Positions 29,587 to 42,667 of a stretch of 63,002 bases of DNA are shown piece by piece (position 1 is the stretch's first letter; the number at the start of each line of letters is the position of its first letter). The notes below the pieces were generated by a model. It saw only the letters and a list, made by a program, of their open reading frames with translations, searched no databases and had not been told where the DNA came from. The position numbers were made by a program, and so were the translations under genes. The DNA is from a virus. Location: IMG/VR virus record IMGVR_UViG_3300045988_138661; one strand, 5' to 3'.

Positions 29587-31086
29587 ATGTTTAAAGAAAT
29601 GGATATTAGAGCAATATCTTTAGTTTCTTCATGTGGATGTAATTTACATTGTAAATATTGTCTTATTGAGAATACTTTAAATAATTGCTCTGCAAATTTA
29701 CAACATGAAACTATTAAAGCTTTAAATGATGGTACTTTTTTAAATAATGTAAAAGGTATTTTTAAACGTTTAAATCTTGATAGATATAAAATAGAATGTT
29801 TTACTTTATGGGGTCAAGAGCCTACATTGACATTACATCTTCTTACTGATCATTTGGAAGATTGGTTTAATTATTTCCCAAATATTAATCATATTGACTA
29901 TTCTACTAATGGGATGGATTTTCCTGAAAGAACTGTTAATTTTATTAAAAAGGTTGATGAATTAGCAAATAATGAACTTGCTTTAGAAGTTCAATTCTCT
30001 TATGATGGCACTTACTCAACCAATAATATTAGAAATGCTAATAATGAAAAAATCTTTGAGACTGCTTCAACTGTAATTAAAGAATTAAATAAAATTAAAT
30101 TTCATAATGTAAATGTATCTATTCAATTACATGGTGTTCTTTCTGGAGCTTTAATTCATGAACTTAATACAACTCAAAAAGTTCATGATTATTATAAAGA
30201 TTTAGATAATTTTGGATTTGAATTAGCTGATATTAATCTTAATTAGAGAGTTGAAGTAAATAGTAGTGTATCTATTTGCCCTGAGAATCCAAGAGATGGA
30301 TCAGTTGATGAACGTATTGAATATGAGTCTTTCTTACAACGCATTGTTAATATTGATGTAAGTGATTTTCATGACCCACATCTTCCAGTTAGTATTATTA
30401 TTGGTTATCGTCATCTTTATGAAGAAGTATTTTCTGATTTACATGGATTTACTGGAGAAGATCGTCCAATTACGCCCCAAGAATTAATGCGATTAGTTAT
30501 GGAAGGAAATCAAGAAGCAATTACTGTAGCTTCAAGAAATAATTTTTGTAGTGGTAATTTTAATGAATTAAAATTACTTTATGATGGTACTATGATGTCT
30601 TGTCAAAACTTTATGTTTGATCTTGATGGTAATAATGTTAAAGATGATGGTACTATTGGAGCACAATTGAGAAAAGACACTCGTCGCACTAAAACTGATT
30701 GCATTAATCTTTTAACTGATAGTGAAGAAGATATTAATAAAGTTATATATAAATATAATATGTATAAAACACATTCCTTCCCATTTATGTTTCAAGCAAC
30801 TGTAAATACTTTACAAATGCTTAATGAATGCAATCAATTAAATTCTATTTACAAGTATAATCCTGATAAATTATTAAGATTGGCATTAATTGCAACAAAA
30901 ATTGATGCTTGTACTTATAATAATTTTATTTCTTCTGGTAGCGCGTTGTTAAGAAGTGTAGGCACTTTAAGAACTCAATCAGCACTATTTATGTATGTAG
31001 ATAGAGAAAATAATTTACTTAAACCCGAAGAAGAATGGTTCCGAAATACTGAAAATATGAATGAATATAGAGGAGAAAGTAATTAA
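29587..31086 (+). CDS. radical SAM enzyme (~499 aa, one in-frame TAG at 30244)
   Basis: CGCNLHCKYC = CX3CX2C motif near N-terminus; continuous frame with track ORF 30487..31086. Confidence 0.6.
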
Positions 31087-32489
31087 TGAATATTAGTGAA
31101 GGTTGTCAATTAGATAATAATAAATATTTTGAAAAATTTATAGATAATTATATTTTTAATAGGGATCACCAAGAGGAAGGATACTGGATTAATGGAGAGT
31201 CTTTTGAGCTTATTATAAGACCCGAATGTAATCAACAATGTGAATATTGTTATGTTGCACGGTATGGAGATAAACTCTATCCGATGGAGAAACGCGCCGA
31301 TAAGGAAACTCTTGTTCATAATACAGATATTATTTTGAATTATATCTTTAAAGAAAGAAAAGTTTTATTTCATGAAATGGAACTTTTTGCTGGAGATTTA
31401 TTTTATGATGATATTGGATTTGAAATTCTCGAATTAATGTTTAAATATTATAAAGAATTATTTGATGAACATCCAAATATTTTTAATTTCCATCCTCGTA
31501 TTGTAATTCCTAATAATTTTAGTTTTGCTATTGATGATAAAAAAGCTAAAAAAATGGAAGAGCTTTTAGCTAAATTTAAAACTATCAATATGGAAATAAG
31601 CCTTTCTTGTTCTATAGATGGACCTTATAATAGTGTGCGCGAGCGCGATAAAGATGATAGTTATTATACTAAAATTCTTGAATTCCTTCAAAGAAATCCT
31701 TGTGGTATTCATCCTATGATTTCTCCAAGTAATATTGAGAGTGCTATTAAGAATTTTGATTGGTGGGACGAACAATATGAAAAGTATAATCTTGCTGGTG
31801 AAGACATTCATGATTTTCAACCTATGTATTTGGAAGTCCGCAATGATGAATGGACTGATGAGAAATTAGATCATTATCTTGAATTTTTAACTCATATGCT
31901 TGAAGTAAGATTTCATAAAAATGGTGAGTCTGTAGATAAATTGGCAAGACATATTTTCTTAGGAGATGGAAAAGAAGGTTCTTTACCTTGTCTTGGTAAT
32001 TATGACCCTATTGGATTAACTTCTACTTGGAATAGTGAAGAATATACTTGCGCGATTTCGCATTAGACTTGTCTTTATGTGGCGAGTTTTGAATTTGCGC
32101 CTTGCCATAGAACTTCTTATCCTCAGTTTCTTGGTGGACGTCTTGATGTAAAAGATGACAAAGTAGTTGGTATTACTGCAATTAATCCTACTGTGTATAG
32201 TGTAATTAAAACGAATAATACACATATGAATATTGGTTGTTTAACTTGTCCTTTTGATCCTTATTGTTTAAAAGGATGTTTAGGCGCTCAGTATGAAGCC
32301 ACAGGTGATTTATTTGTTCCCGGTGAAAGCGTTTGTAAATTACATAAAACACATTTAACTTTTTTAGTAAAGACTTATTGTGAGTTGGGATTAACTAAAA
32401 TTGCAGTTGAAAAAAATTATTTTAAGAGTGAAGCAGATAAAGAAAAATGGCTTACTTTATGTCGTAAATTGGGGTATTATAATGATTGA
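31086..32489 (+). CDS. radical SAM enzyme with SPASM-like C-terminal Cys cluster (~467 aa, TAG at 32064)
   Basis: CNQQCEYC (CX3CX2C); C-terminal CLTCPFDPYCLKGCLGAQ. Confidence 0.6.
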
Positions 32490-32784
32490 AGAAATGAAAA
32501 GACAAATTCAACACTTAGATGATACTTTTGATCCTTCTAATGTTGGAGATTATAAAGATTTATTATATGTAATCTATTTAAATTGGATTGAAAATAATGG
32601 AGAAAACGAAGAAGTCAATTCTCTTATTAACAATTTAATTAAAAGAATTATTGATTCTAGCATTAATGATAATAATAATTGTGATAATTGTAATGAAGAT
32701 GAAGATCCTAATATGAGTGAAGATTATTTAATTTATCGCCATTTCTTAGGATATAAAATTCCTGGCTATTGGCGTAATCATTAA
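32486..32784 (+). CDS. hypothetical acidic protein (~99 aa)
   Basis: ATGA overlap. Confidence 0.45.
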
Positions 32785-33372
32785 TGTTAATTAATTTATA
32801 TAATGCTCGTCAAACTTTATTAAGATCAGTAAAGTTTGACGAGCGTGAATGCGATGATATTGTTTTTGGATTAAATTTTCCAAAAGAAATTACTTTTTGC
32901 AAAATTGTAAATAATTCAAATGATATAGAATATTCTTCATTAAATTATCTATATAGTCAATTAAAAGATTTAGAATATAAAGATATAAAAATTATTGAAT
33001 TAGTTTTTAATCAAAAACAAAAATTTACGTTTGAATCTACAGTAAAATCTATTTTTTATAGAACAATGTTATATTCAAGTTAGGGACAATTGGAATTTAA
33101 ATTATATTTAACTTTACGATTTGAAGAAGAACATCCAATTATTTACGATAAAGAAGAATAGATTTTAAAGTGTGACAAAAATTGTAAACAGTTAAATAGA
33201 AAAATACATCGTTGTGAATTTTTTCATAGTGATTTAAATGATATAAATGAAATTTGTACGGAATGTTTTTTGTAGGAAAGAGATAACCAAATAAAAGAAT
33301 TGGTTAATTATAATAGAGATATTATAAATGTTTTGGAGAATAAATATGGAAATAGATAGAACTAAAAATTAT
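32784..33372 (+). CDS. hypothetical protein (~196 aa with four in-frame TAG); Cys pairs
   Basis: manual codon walk: only TAG interruptions until TAA. Confidence 0.4.
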
Positions 33373-35423
33373 CAAGGGATTCCTCCTTATACTAATCCAA
33401 TATGGAAATCGGTTTATGATGGTGTTAGTTTAGAAATGCATATTGTAGATCATTGTAATCTTAATTGCGCAGGATGTAATCATTTTTCCCCTTTAGCAGA
33501 ACCTTGGTATATTGATTTAGATGATTTCCGTGATCAGATTACTTTTGCTTATAAAAAAATTCCAAATATAAAACTTTTTATGATTTTAGGTGGAGAACCT
33601 ACTTTGCATCCAAAATTATTTGAAATATGTTAGATTGCTAGAGAAGTTTTCCCAAAAAATAAAGTAGAAATTAAAATATTAAGCAATGGGTGTCATTTAC
33701 AAGATGCTTTTAAACATGAGAAAGAATATCAAGATATGGGAGTAATATTTGATATTACTACTTATGGGAAATATACTGATCATAAAGCGGTAGAATATTT
33801 AGACAGTCATGGTTTAGGTTTTAATCATAATTCAAGATTATTTATGCGACAATAGCTTGTAAATGAAGCAGGAACTACTGATATAAATGAAGTATATTTT
33901 CATAAATGCCCGCATTAGTTACCTTGTTTTACTTTAAAAAATTATAAAATTTATATATGTCCTTTTTCTGCACATTTGGATATTTATAGAAAAAAATATA
34001 ATGTAAATATTCCAGAAGATGAAAGTGATTATTTGCGATTAGAGGATATAAATAATTTAGATGATTTACATAATTTTATTTTTAAGCCTAAAAATATTTG
34101 TAGATATTGCGATGGAACTATGTCTAAAGCCTCTTGGATTTGGCACAAATATTATGATACAAAATCGGAATTTATAGTTCCAATGGAAGATGCTTATTTT
34201 AGAGATTATGATTTTTATTTAAAATTAGTTAATGATAAAGAAAATTTTTTAGAAAATTATTAGTTATTTAAAGAAAACAGATGCCCAATTGAATTTAGAT
34301 ATAATACTTATTATTTAAAAAAATGTTTTACTCGTTTTATTGATGGAAAAATGGATATTATAATACCTTATTATAATATGAATGATTAGCAAATTATTAA
34401 TTTGTATAATAATTTATCTACCCAAACAATTATAAAAGATTGTTGTGTATATTTTATTAGCGACCATTCTTTCTATGATAAAAAACTTATTGAGATATTT
34501 GATGAAGCGAGTTTTCCTTGTTTCTTTTTTAAGAATTTAAAACGAAAAGGACCAGGTCTAACTCGTAATTTAGGATTAGAATATTCTTTTAATAAATATG
34601 TGTTATTTTGGGATTCTGATGATTTATTCCCAAATGATAATGTTTTAGAAATTTTATATAATTCAATAAAACATAATGAGAAAGATTTTGGAGTATTTAA
34701 AATAGCTAATACTGATAAATCAGTTGAAAAGATTAATTTAATTCTTAAAAGAGATTTTCTTAATAAAAATAATATAAAATATTCAAAATTTTTCTTTGGA
34801 GAAGACAGTATTTTCTTGGATAGATGTGATATTTATGGTGAATCTTATGAGTTAGAAGACTAGAATTTAGGTCTTTATATAACTTAGTTAGAAGACAATC
34901 CTAATTGTTTATCTCATTCTAATTCTAACATGGTAATTACAGCATATATTAATAAAATAATTGTATTTTTTGCTAATTTTATTGATGTTTTGAAATTAGA
35001 AAATATTGATGAAAATCGTAAACAAAGTACTTTAAGACGGAATCTTTATAGAATTATTAATGAAATAAAATCAATAAGTGATTTAGATTCTTCTTTTTAT
35101 GGATATGAAAATAATTATTTTTTAGAAAAAATTCTTCTTTTAATTTATTATATTTTATATACTATGTATAATTTATATAGTAACAAAGAAGATTTTAATA
35201 ATATTCCCAATTTGTGTAATTTAGATAAACAAATTATAGAAGATATCAAAAGTTAGAAAATTAAATTTAGTCTTCTAAGAGGAGAATGTATAACTAATTT
35301 TGATGATATTAAAAATGAAATTTATCCATTGTTAAATTATCTTAACAATGAATTATGCTATGTGCCTACTTATGAATGGTTTCTGAATTATTTAGATGGA
35401 AAAGGAGAGAGTATTTATGATTG
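33328..35423 (+). CDS. radical SAM domain fused to GT2-like glycosyltransferase-like region (~698 codons, eight in-frame TAG)
   Basis: CNLNCAGC CX3CX2C and GGEPTLHP near N-terminus; later GPGLTRNLG..YVLFWDSDDLF resembles GT2 DxD region; track ORFs 33328,33976,34402,34930 all in frame 1 separated only by TAG. Confidence 0.5.
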
Positions 35424-35599
35424 AAACTTATCAAGAATATAAAGAAAAAGTTTATTTTCTTCTAAATAATTTTTTAGATTTTACTAAAGGAGATAAACCT
35501 TATTTATTTAATATGCCTTCAAAATTAGGCAATCTTCCTAATCTAAATGAATATTTATATTTTTGTTTTAATAAATCTGATGCAGGAGAAAATAAATGA
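35418..35599 (+). CDS. hypothetical small protein (60 aa)
   Basis: overlapping start, TGA stop. Confidence 0.4.
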
Positions 35600-36132
35600 G
35601 GTTTACTGATTATCATTTTGGATAGGCAGAGTCTGACTTTTGGACTTTATTAAAAGAATTTCTATTAAGGTTTGATCCCAATAGTATTTATGATTTTTGG
35701 ATTTTATTTATTTATTTTTAGTTAGGTATTATTAGAAAAGATAGATTTATCATTTATTAGGTATAGTATATTTTAAAAGAAAAAATAGATTTTGAAGAAA
35801 TTAATGAAGTAAATTTTAATACAATTATTCCAATAGAAAAGATAAATTTATCTAGTTTAAAAGATTGTATTTGGATAAGCTATTGGATTTGTTAGTATAA
35901 TTATTAGAATGATGAAAATTTAATTTTAATTTATAGTGAGAAAATATTTAATAATCTTACTAATATTTTTGAGCCGGATATTGTTATAGATATTCCAATA
36001 GTGTAGTAGAGTAATAAAATATGTAAAATGTGCGGTTTAGAGTCTAAATCTAATGGATAGAATATACCATTTTTTAAAATAAATGATAATAAATATTTAT
36101 GTCCTAATTGTTATTATTTATTAAAATTAAAT
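35596..36132 (+). CDS. hypothetical protein (~178 aa, nine in-frame TAG), C-terminal CxxC pairs
   Basis: ATGA overlap with upstream TGA; manual codon walk ends at TAA. Confidence 0.4.
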
Positions 36133-36231
36133 GAATAATTATTAAAACCTACTTTTATAGTAGGTTTTAATTGATTTTTAATAAAAAATAATGTATTATA
36201 ATTATAAGATAAATGAAAAGGGTGTGTTTAT

Positions 36232-38016
36232 GTGAATAATTATAATCAACATTATAAAGAAATAAGTCCTATTGAGACTGTTAATAATATTAAAAATTTT
36301 TTAGAAGGACGCGGATTTACTTGTGTTGAGGAAGCTTTACGACAAGAACAATCAACTACTTGGAGTCTTGTATTAAATCTTGAATACAAAGGACATTTTG
36401 TGCTAAAAACTTATGGCAAAGGTGTTACAAAAGAATTCGCCAGAGCTTCTGGTTATGCGGAAATGTATGAGCGTTTTTGTAATGGAATGCACTATCTTTG
36501 TAATTCTTTTCTTTGTGCGGAAAAAATTGAATTAAATAGAAAAAATTATGGTTATTCTTTGTTTAAAAATGAAAAGCCTTTAAGTTATAAAGAGGCACTT
36601 GGAGGAGAAGATACTCTTTTATATAAACTTTTTGATCGTTTGAATAAGAAAGATAATGGTTTATTAGAGGATTATTTTAAAACTATTTATAATAATGAAT
36701 TTTTTGGAATACCATTTAAAGGAGTCAACATTAATAAAACTTTATATATGGATCCTCGTCTTCTTCAACGTTATCATGGTAGTTCGGGAATGGCAGCCGG
36801 CAATACTTTTAATGAAGCCTTAAATCAAGGTTTATCTGAAATTTTCGAGCATTATGTTTTAAGTAATTTTTATATTGATATTGATAATAAAGATTTTTAT
36901 TTTTATGATACAGATAGTATTAAAGATGAAAAATTAAAAAATATTATTAGTGCGATTAAATCTCATAATAATAACTTTTATATTATTGATATGTCAAGAA
37001 CTTATAATGTGCCTGTTATGGTAGCAATTTTGATTAATAAATATAGTGGTACTGTAGCTATTAATTTTGGTGCTTTCCCTGTATTTGAAATTGCAGTTGA
37101 GCGAGTTTGTACTGAAATGTATCAAAATTGTTTTTCTTTTGATACAAGAAAAACTTCAGTTGTATCTCCGTATTATTCTTTAGATAAAGAAGATATGGTT
37201 ATAGATGGCGGTTCTTGTATTACAAATCTTAATACTTTTCCTGAGAGTTTATTCTTGAATAAGAAATTTGTAAATACTATTAATAAAGATGTATTTTTAT
37301 CTTATACTGATAAAAATTACTCTAATGATGAAATCTTAGAGCATAATAAAAAGATTGCTACTAATATTGGAGCAGATATTTATTGTGCTGATGTATCTTT
37401 AATTGATACCGTATCTGCGATTAGTATTTATGTTGATAATCTTGACGGGCTATGGAAATCTTTCTTTGATAGATGCCAAGGAGTTAAAGAAACTGGAGAA
37501 GCAATTACTATAACTAAAAATAAACATTTGGCCATTAAAAACTATTTAAATAATAAAGATAAAGTATATGATGTAATTAAATATTGTCTTGATTATTATA
37601 ATATTACTTTTGACAAAATTGTAGATAGATTTTGTGGTTTACTTACTCATGGAGATCAATTAGTTGCTTATAATAATAAAAATATATTATTAACACCTAA
37701 TGAGATGTTTGTTAAAAACCTTTATATGGATGCAACAGGATATTTATTAGAAGATGAAGGATTTTCTTTAGATATTTCAGTTAGTTGTTTTTATACTTAT
37801 TATAAAAAATATTTAACTTTATTAGCATATGTTCACAGTAGAAAATATACTAAAGAAGATATGATTAAAATTTTCAAAGAATTTGATTATACTTTTACTG
37901 ATGAAGATTTTAAACATATTACGGATAGAAAATATTTAGTAGAAAAATGTATTTTAGAGCCTATGTATAATACATTTAGAAGCAATGATTTTAAAGAAAT
38001 GATTAAAAATTATTAA
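36232..38016 (+). CDS. YcaO-domain protein (594 aa)
   Basis: N-terminal YGKGVTKEFARASGYAEMYERF matches YcaO signature GKG.T...A..SA..E..ER. Confidence 0.6.
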   Translation: MNNYNQHYKEISPIETVNNIKNFLEGRGFTCVEEALRQEQSTTWSLVLNLEYKGHFVLKTYGKGVTKEFARASGYAEMYERFCNGMHYLCNSFLCAEKIELNRKNYGYSLFKNEKPLSYKEALGGEDTLLYKLFDRLNKKDNGLLEDYFKTIYNNEFFGIPFKGVNINKTLYMDPRLLQRYHGSSGMAAGNTFNEALNQGLSEIFEHYVLSNFYIDIDNKDFYFYDTDSIKDEKLKNIISAIKSHNNNFYIIDMSRTYNVPVMVAILINKYSGTVAINFGAFPVFEIAVERVCTEMYQNCFSFDTRKTSVVSPYYSLDKEDMVIDGGSCITNLNTFPESLFLNKKFVNTINKDVFLSYTDKNYSNDEILEHNKKIATNIGADIYCADVSLIDTVSAISIYVDNLDGLWKSFFDRCQGVKETGEAITITKNKHLAIKNYLNNKDKVYDVIKYCLDYYNITFDKIVDRFCGLLTHGDQLVAYNNKNILLTPNEMFVKNLYMDATGYLLEDEGFSLDISVSCFYTYYKKYLTLLAYVHSRKYTKEDMIKIFKEFDYTFTDEDFKHITDRKYLVEKCILEPMYNTFRSNDFKEMIKNY

Positions 38017-38027
38017 TAGGAGATTAT

Positions 38028-38906
38028 ATGAATATTAATTTTAATTGCCCTGAATTTTACTATGGGATTGAAGTATATGATAAACTTTTTGAATTACAAG
38101 AAATTGCTCCAGAAGCATTTTATCCAGAAGCCAAGGTAAAGTATATATATGGCTGTCTTCCTAATATGATTTGGAATGGTGGCGGATTTATGGATGGACG
38201 TCCAGAGCATAATATTGATTATCTTTGCGCAATGCGTGATTTTTATGAAAAAAATAATATTATTTTACGTTTTACATTGACAAATCCGCTTTTAGAAGAA
38301 ACTGACGTTTATGATAGATACTGTAATGAAATGTTAAAACTTTTTGATAATGGTATTAATGAAATTATTGTTAATTCTCCTATTCTTGAGCGCTATCTTC
38401 GAGACAAATTTCCTAATTATAAGTTGACTAAAAGTATTACGGCAGCAAAAGAAGATTATGATTTTGTAAAAGCTCTTGATAATTATGAAAGCATTGTCCT
38501 TCCTCGTCGTCACAATAGAAATTGGGAACTTCTTGATTCTATTCCAAAAGATAAAAGAGAGAAAATTGAAATTCTTGCTGATGAAAGTTGTCCTATTGAT
38601 TGTCCTCGTCTTTATACTCATTACAATGTTTTTGCAAATTTTAGTTTGTTTAAAAAAATTGATGACTCTCAGCGTAATTGTACTACTATGAAAAATAATG
38701 GCGCAGTTTTTCCTGAAATTGATAATAAAGATATGATTTATATGGATGAAATTTTAAATACTTATTTACCAAAAGGATATAATAATTTTAAGATTTCTGG
38801 GCGCAATTGCGCTGACCATTGTGCAAAATCTATTACTCCGTATTTTTTTAAACCAGAATATCAATTAGAAGGTTTTTGCGAGTTGCTCGATATTGGTTTG
38901 AGTTGA
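38028..38906 (+). CDS. hypothetical protein (292 aa), Cys motifs CPIDCP
   Basis: RBS taggagat. Confidence 0.5.
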   Translation: MNINFNCPEFYYGIEVYDKLFELQEIAPEAFYPEAKVKYIYGCLPNMIWNGGGFMDGRPEHNIDYLCAMRDFYEKNNIILRFTLTNPLLEETDVYDRYCNEMLKLFDNGINEIIVNSPILERYLRDKFPNYKLTKSITAAKEDYDFVKALDNYESIVLPRRHNRNWELLDSIPKDKREKIEILADESCPIDCPRLYTHYNVFANFSLFKKIDDSQRNCTTMKNNGAVFPEIDNKDMIYMDEILNTYLPKGYNNFKISGRNCADHCAKSITPYFFKPEYQLEGFCELLDIGLS

Positions 38907-39030
38907 TTTTAACTCCTTACTATTTTATTTAGTAAGGAGTTTTTTTTTTATTTAACCAGATTAAATTAATGACTTCTTATAAATTTTTAAATTTTATAGA
39001 AATAATAAAATTTATAAGGAGGTCATTTAA

Positions 39031-39585
39031 ATGGCAATTCCAAAAGCAATAGAACATATGCGTAGTGGAAGTGGCGGTTTAGAAATTATTCCAATTATTT
39101 CTACTGATGGATTAACTTACACAGGAACCGCAAAATCTATTAAAGAATATAAAGACGGAATGATTATTGGTCTTATTCCAAATATGAATAATATTGCGAC
39201 AAATCCAATTACTAATATAACGATAAATATAAATAATTTAGGAGCATTAAAATTAACTCAATATTATATTAAAAAAGAACATTCTAATAATGGATTAGGG
39301 TGTTGGCACAGCAATACTGCTGTAGAAGCCAATTTTTTATATAAAGATGAAGCTTTTATTGGATAGATACAATTAGGGTCATCTAGTGGTGATTATATTT
39401 TACCTATTAATCCAGGATTAGACTTAGCTTAGATTACTAATGGTTCTATTGGGTCTAATTTGTCTGTCACTGCTAATTCTTCTTATTTAAACAATAATAT
39501 TTTAAGAAATATTAAAGTATCTACTTCTGCTCCCACCGCTTCAGACGGAAATGTTGGAGATATTTGGATTTAGTATTTCACTTAA
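39031..39585 (+). CDS. phage structural protein candidate (~184 aa, three in-frame TAG)
   Basis: RBS aaggaggt; continues in frame past TAG 39364 to TAA 39583. Confidence 0.45.
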
Positions 39586-39601
39586 TAGAGGAGGAATTTA
39601 A

Positions 39602-41017
39602 ATGCCAAATACTTATAATCCTTCTGGAACTTCTATAACAGATTATTCTTCTATTAAATTTATTCCAGGAGATATTATTAATAGTAGCTATTCAGGAGCG
39701 GTAAATCCAGTAAAACTTCCAACGGGAAATTATCAATTAGAATGTTGGGGTGGCTATGGTGGAATTGGTTATTCTGGTTCTTTAACTTCATCAACAACAA
39801 CTTCATGGATATATATAGGAACTAATAATGCAACTAGTTATTTTAGCATTAATAATGATTCAAATTATTATTTCCGTCAAGATGGAAATGACTGGATAGC
39901 TACAAATGGCGGTATACATTCAAGTACTGCAACCACTACATTAACTTGTACTTCTGCGGGAACTTACAAGATTTATTATTATTATCAGACTGAAGTAAAT
40001 TGTGATAAAGTTACTTTAACTGTTGGAGGATCAACGGTTTTAAATGCCGTATCGGGGTCATAGTCTTTAACTGAAGCTGGTAGCTATTCTTTATCATCAG
40101 GGTCTACTATTGTAATGACTTATTCTAAAGATAGTTCAGTAAATGCCGACAATGAAGAAGTTTATTTTTAGATTTAGAAATAGGAGAGTAATACTACTTA
40201 TACTCCCACAAGTTCAAAAAATAGTTATTGGGGTGGAGCAGGAGGATATTCTACAGGAATTCTTTCTTTATCAGCCCCTACTGTTATCTATTTGTATACA
40301 GGAGGTTAGGGTAATTATTCAAGTAATAGTGAAAAAGGAAAAGTAGTTAGTGGCGGATTTAACGGAGGAGGTAGCTCTAGAATCAGATGGTATACTTCTG
40401 CTTATACATCAGGAGGTGGCGGAGGTGGCGCTTCCGATGTTCGTATAGGCCAAGACTCTCTTTACGCCCGTGTAATTGTTGCTGGCGGTGGTGGCGGTGG
40501 CGCAGGAGAAAGCAATTCTTCTATTAAATAGGGCGGTGGATTAACTGGTAATTCTGCTGTTGAAGAATATAAAGCTACGTAGACTAAAGCCGGAACAAAT
40601 GGATCTTTTGGCCAAGGGGCTGATGCTAGTGGATCTGCCAATTATAATTATGGTCCCGGTGGTGGTGGTGGAGGCTGGTACGGTGGTGGTGCTTCTACTA
40701 ATGTTAGTGACAGTTCCGCCGATTATAGAACTTATAATGGCGGAGGTTCTGGCTATGTATATACTTCATCAACTGCCTCTAATTATCCTTCTGGCTGTTT
40801 GTTAAATAGTAATTATTATTTAACAAATGCTTCTACTGCTATAGGATATAGTAAAACCAATCCAGGAGGGCAACATGGGTATATTCGTATTACAGTATTA
40901 TCTCCATTAAATGTAAAAATTAATCCTAACACCTATGCTCCTATTAAAGCAATATATACAAAAATAGATAACACAACTTGGAAAGGAGGAATGACTACAT
41001 GGCAACCTATGACTTAA
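39602..41017 (+). CDS. glycine-rich repeat protein (~471 aa, about seven in-frame TAG), paralog of next gene
   Basis: LECWGGYGG, GGGGGGASDVRIGQDSLYARVIVAGGGGGG, GGGSGYVYTSSTASNYPSGCLLNS blocks shared with 40999 CDS; frame continuity checked (726 nt = 242 codons between 40064 and 40790). Confidence 0.55.
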
Positions 41018-42336
41018 CTTCTTCGATTCCTTCTTCTTCTTCTTTAAGAACGGGGGATATATTAAATTGTCCTTATAGTGGATCTGCTAAATCAATTACT
41101 CTTCCAAAAGGCACTTATAAATTAGAATGTTGGGGAGCACAAGGTGGAAATGCAGGTTATTATAGTTATGTTCATTCAACCCCTAATGGAGGAAAAGGTG
41201 GATACTCTACTGGTGTAATCACTTTATCTTCAAGTGTTATAGTATATCTTTATACCGGAGGACAAGGAGGAAGTACTATCGGGAATAAGCTAGACTAGAA
41301 TTCAGTAGCTACAGCACCTGGTGGATTTAATGGAGGTGGCATCGCTAATCAAATGGGAGCCGCTGGTGGTGGTGGAGCTTCTGATATTCGCATAGGCCAA
41401 GATTCTCTCTATGCTCGTATAATCGTCGCTGGAGGCGGTGGTGGTGGAGGCAATGCGAGTAGTTCTACTTTATTATCTTGTGGCGGAAATGGTGGAGGAA
41501 CTACTGGTGGAACTCCACCTAATTAGCACAATAATAGAACCCCAGGAAAAGGAGGAACTCAAACTGGAATAACAGCTAGTCGTTCATCATCAATTTCTGC
41601 GGGATTTGGTAATGGAGCTGGTGGTACGGGAGAAAATCTTCGTGGAGCCGGTGGCGGTGGCTGGTATGGTGGAACTATGGGTGAAAATTCAACTGGCGGA
41701 GGTGGAGGTTCTGGTTATGTATATACTTCCTCAACTGCTTCTAATTATCCATCTGGTTGCTTATTGAATAGCACTCATTATCTTAGTTCTGCTTCTACAA
41801 TAGCTGGCGACACTTCATTCACTTCTCCAACAGGGTCATCTGAAACAGGTCATAGCGGAAACGGGTATATAAGAATTACTATTTAGTCTATTGTTAACTG
41901 GGCTTATTCTACTGTATCAATTCCTGCTCCTACTTATAGTAAATAGGATACTTCTTCTTGGACTTTATCTCCGAGTGCTTGCAGGTATTTTTCTTTTACC
42001 CCTACTATTTCAGGAGATTTTATTGTTTATTCCAATTCTTCAATAGATACTTTTGGCTATTTAACATCAAATATTGTTTCTCTTAATAGTAGTGGATAGC
42101 CTTCTTCTAATATTTTAGCTAGTGATGATGATTAGGCAAAAAAATATGGTGGATCTGGAAGTAATTTTGGTATTTGTTATAAAGTTACTGCTGGAACTAC
42201 TTATTATATATATGTTAAGCCTTATCGTGATAGTACAGCAAATAGTTCAGTATATTTAACTTATTATATGGCTCATCCTGACAGTAGAGTATATGTAAAA
42301 ACAGATAGTACAACATGGAAATTAATAACCAATTAA
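40999..42336 (+). CDS. glycine-rich repeat protein with C-terminal PPC-like beta domain (~445 aa, several in-frame TAG)
   Basis: RBS aaggagga; track ORFs 40978 and 41677 in same frame; ends TAA 42334. Confidence 0.55.
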
Positions 42337-42508
42337 AAAATTTTTTGACATTTTAAAAAAAATAATATATAATATATTTATAAAATAAAGAAAGACCTTT
42401 ACAGCAAAAATAACTTCCAGAATAAACTAATGATTAAGTCATAATCCTTTAAGATTAAAATAATGGTTCAACTCCATTTTCCGGACAAAGTTAAGGTCTT
42501 GTTTTTAT

Positions 42509-42583
42509 AGGCGTCTGGTGTAACGGTAGCATGCGGGTCTCCAAAACCTTGCGGTGTGGGTTCGAATCCTACGACGCCTGCCA
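42509..42583 (+). tRNA. tRNA-Trp (CCA)
   Basis: cloverleaf by hand: acceptor aggcgtc/gacgcct, anticodon loop ctCCAaa, T-loop ttcgaat, CCA encoded. Confidence 0.7.
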
Positions 42584-42667
42584 TTTTAGACAAAAAGAAC
42601 TTTTTTGATTTTATTAAAAATATATAATATAATATATATAGAAAGTTGAGAAAGGAGAAAATAAATA

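Noticed and set aside
40143-40805. plus-strand ORFs 40143..40346, 40560..40805 and other alternative frames in the glycine-rich gene
   Set aside because: Different frame from the continuous TAG-containing frame that carries the conserved glycine-rich blocks.
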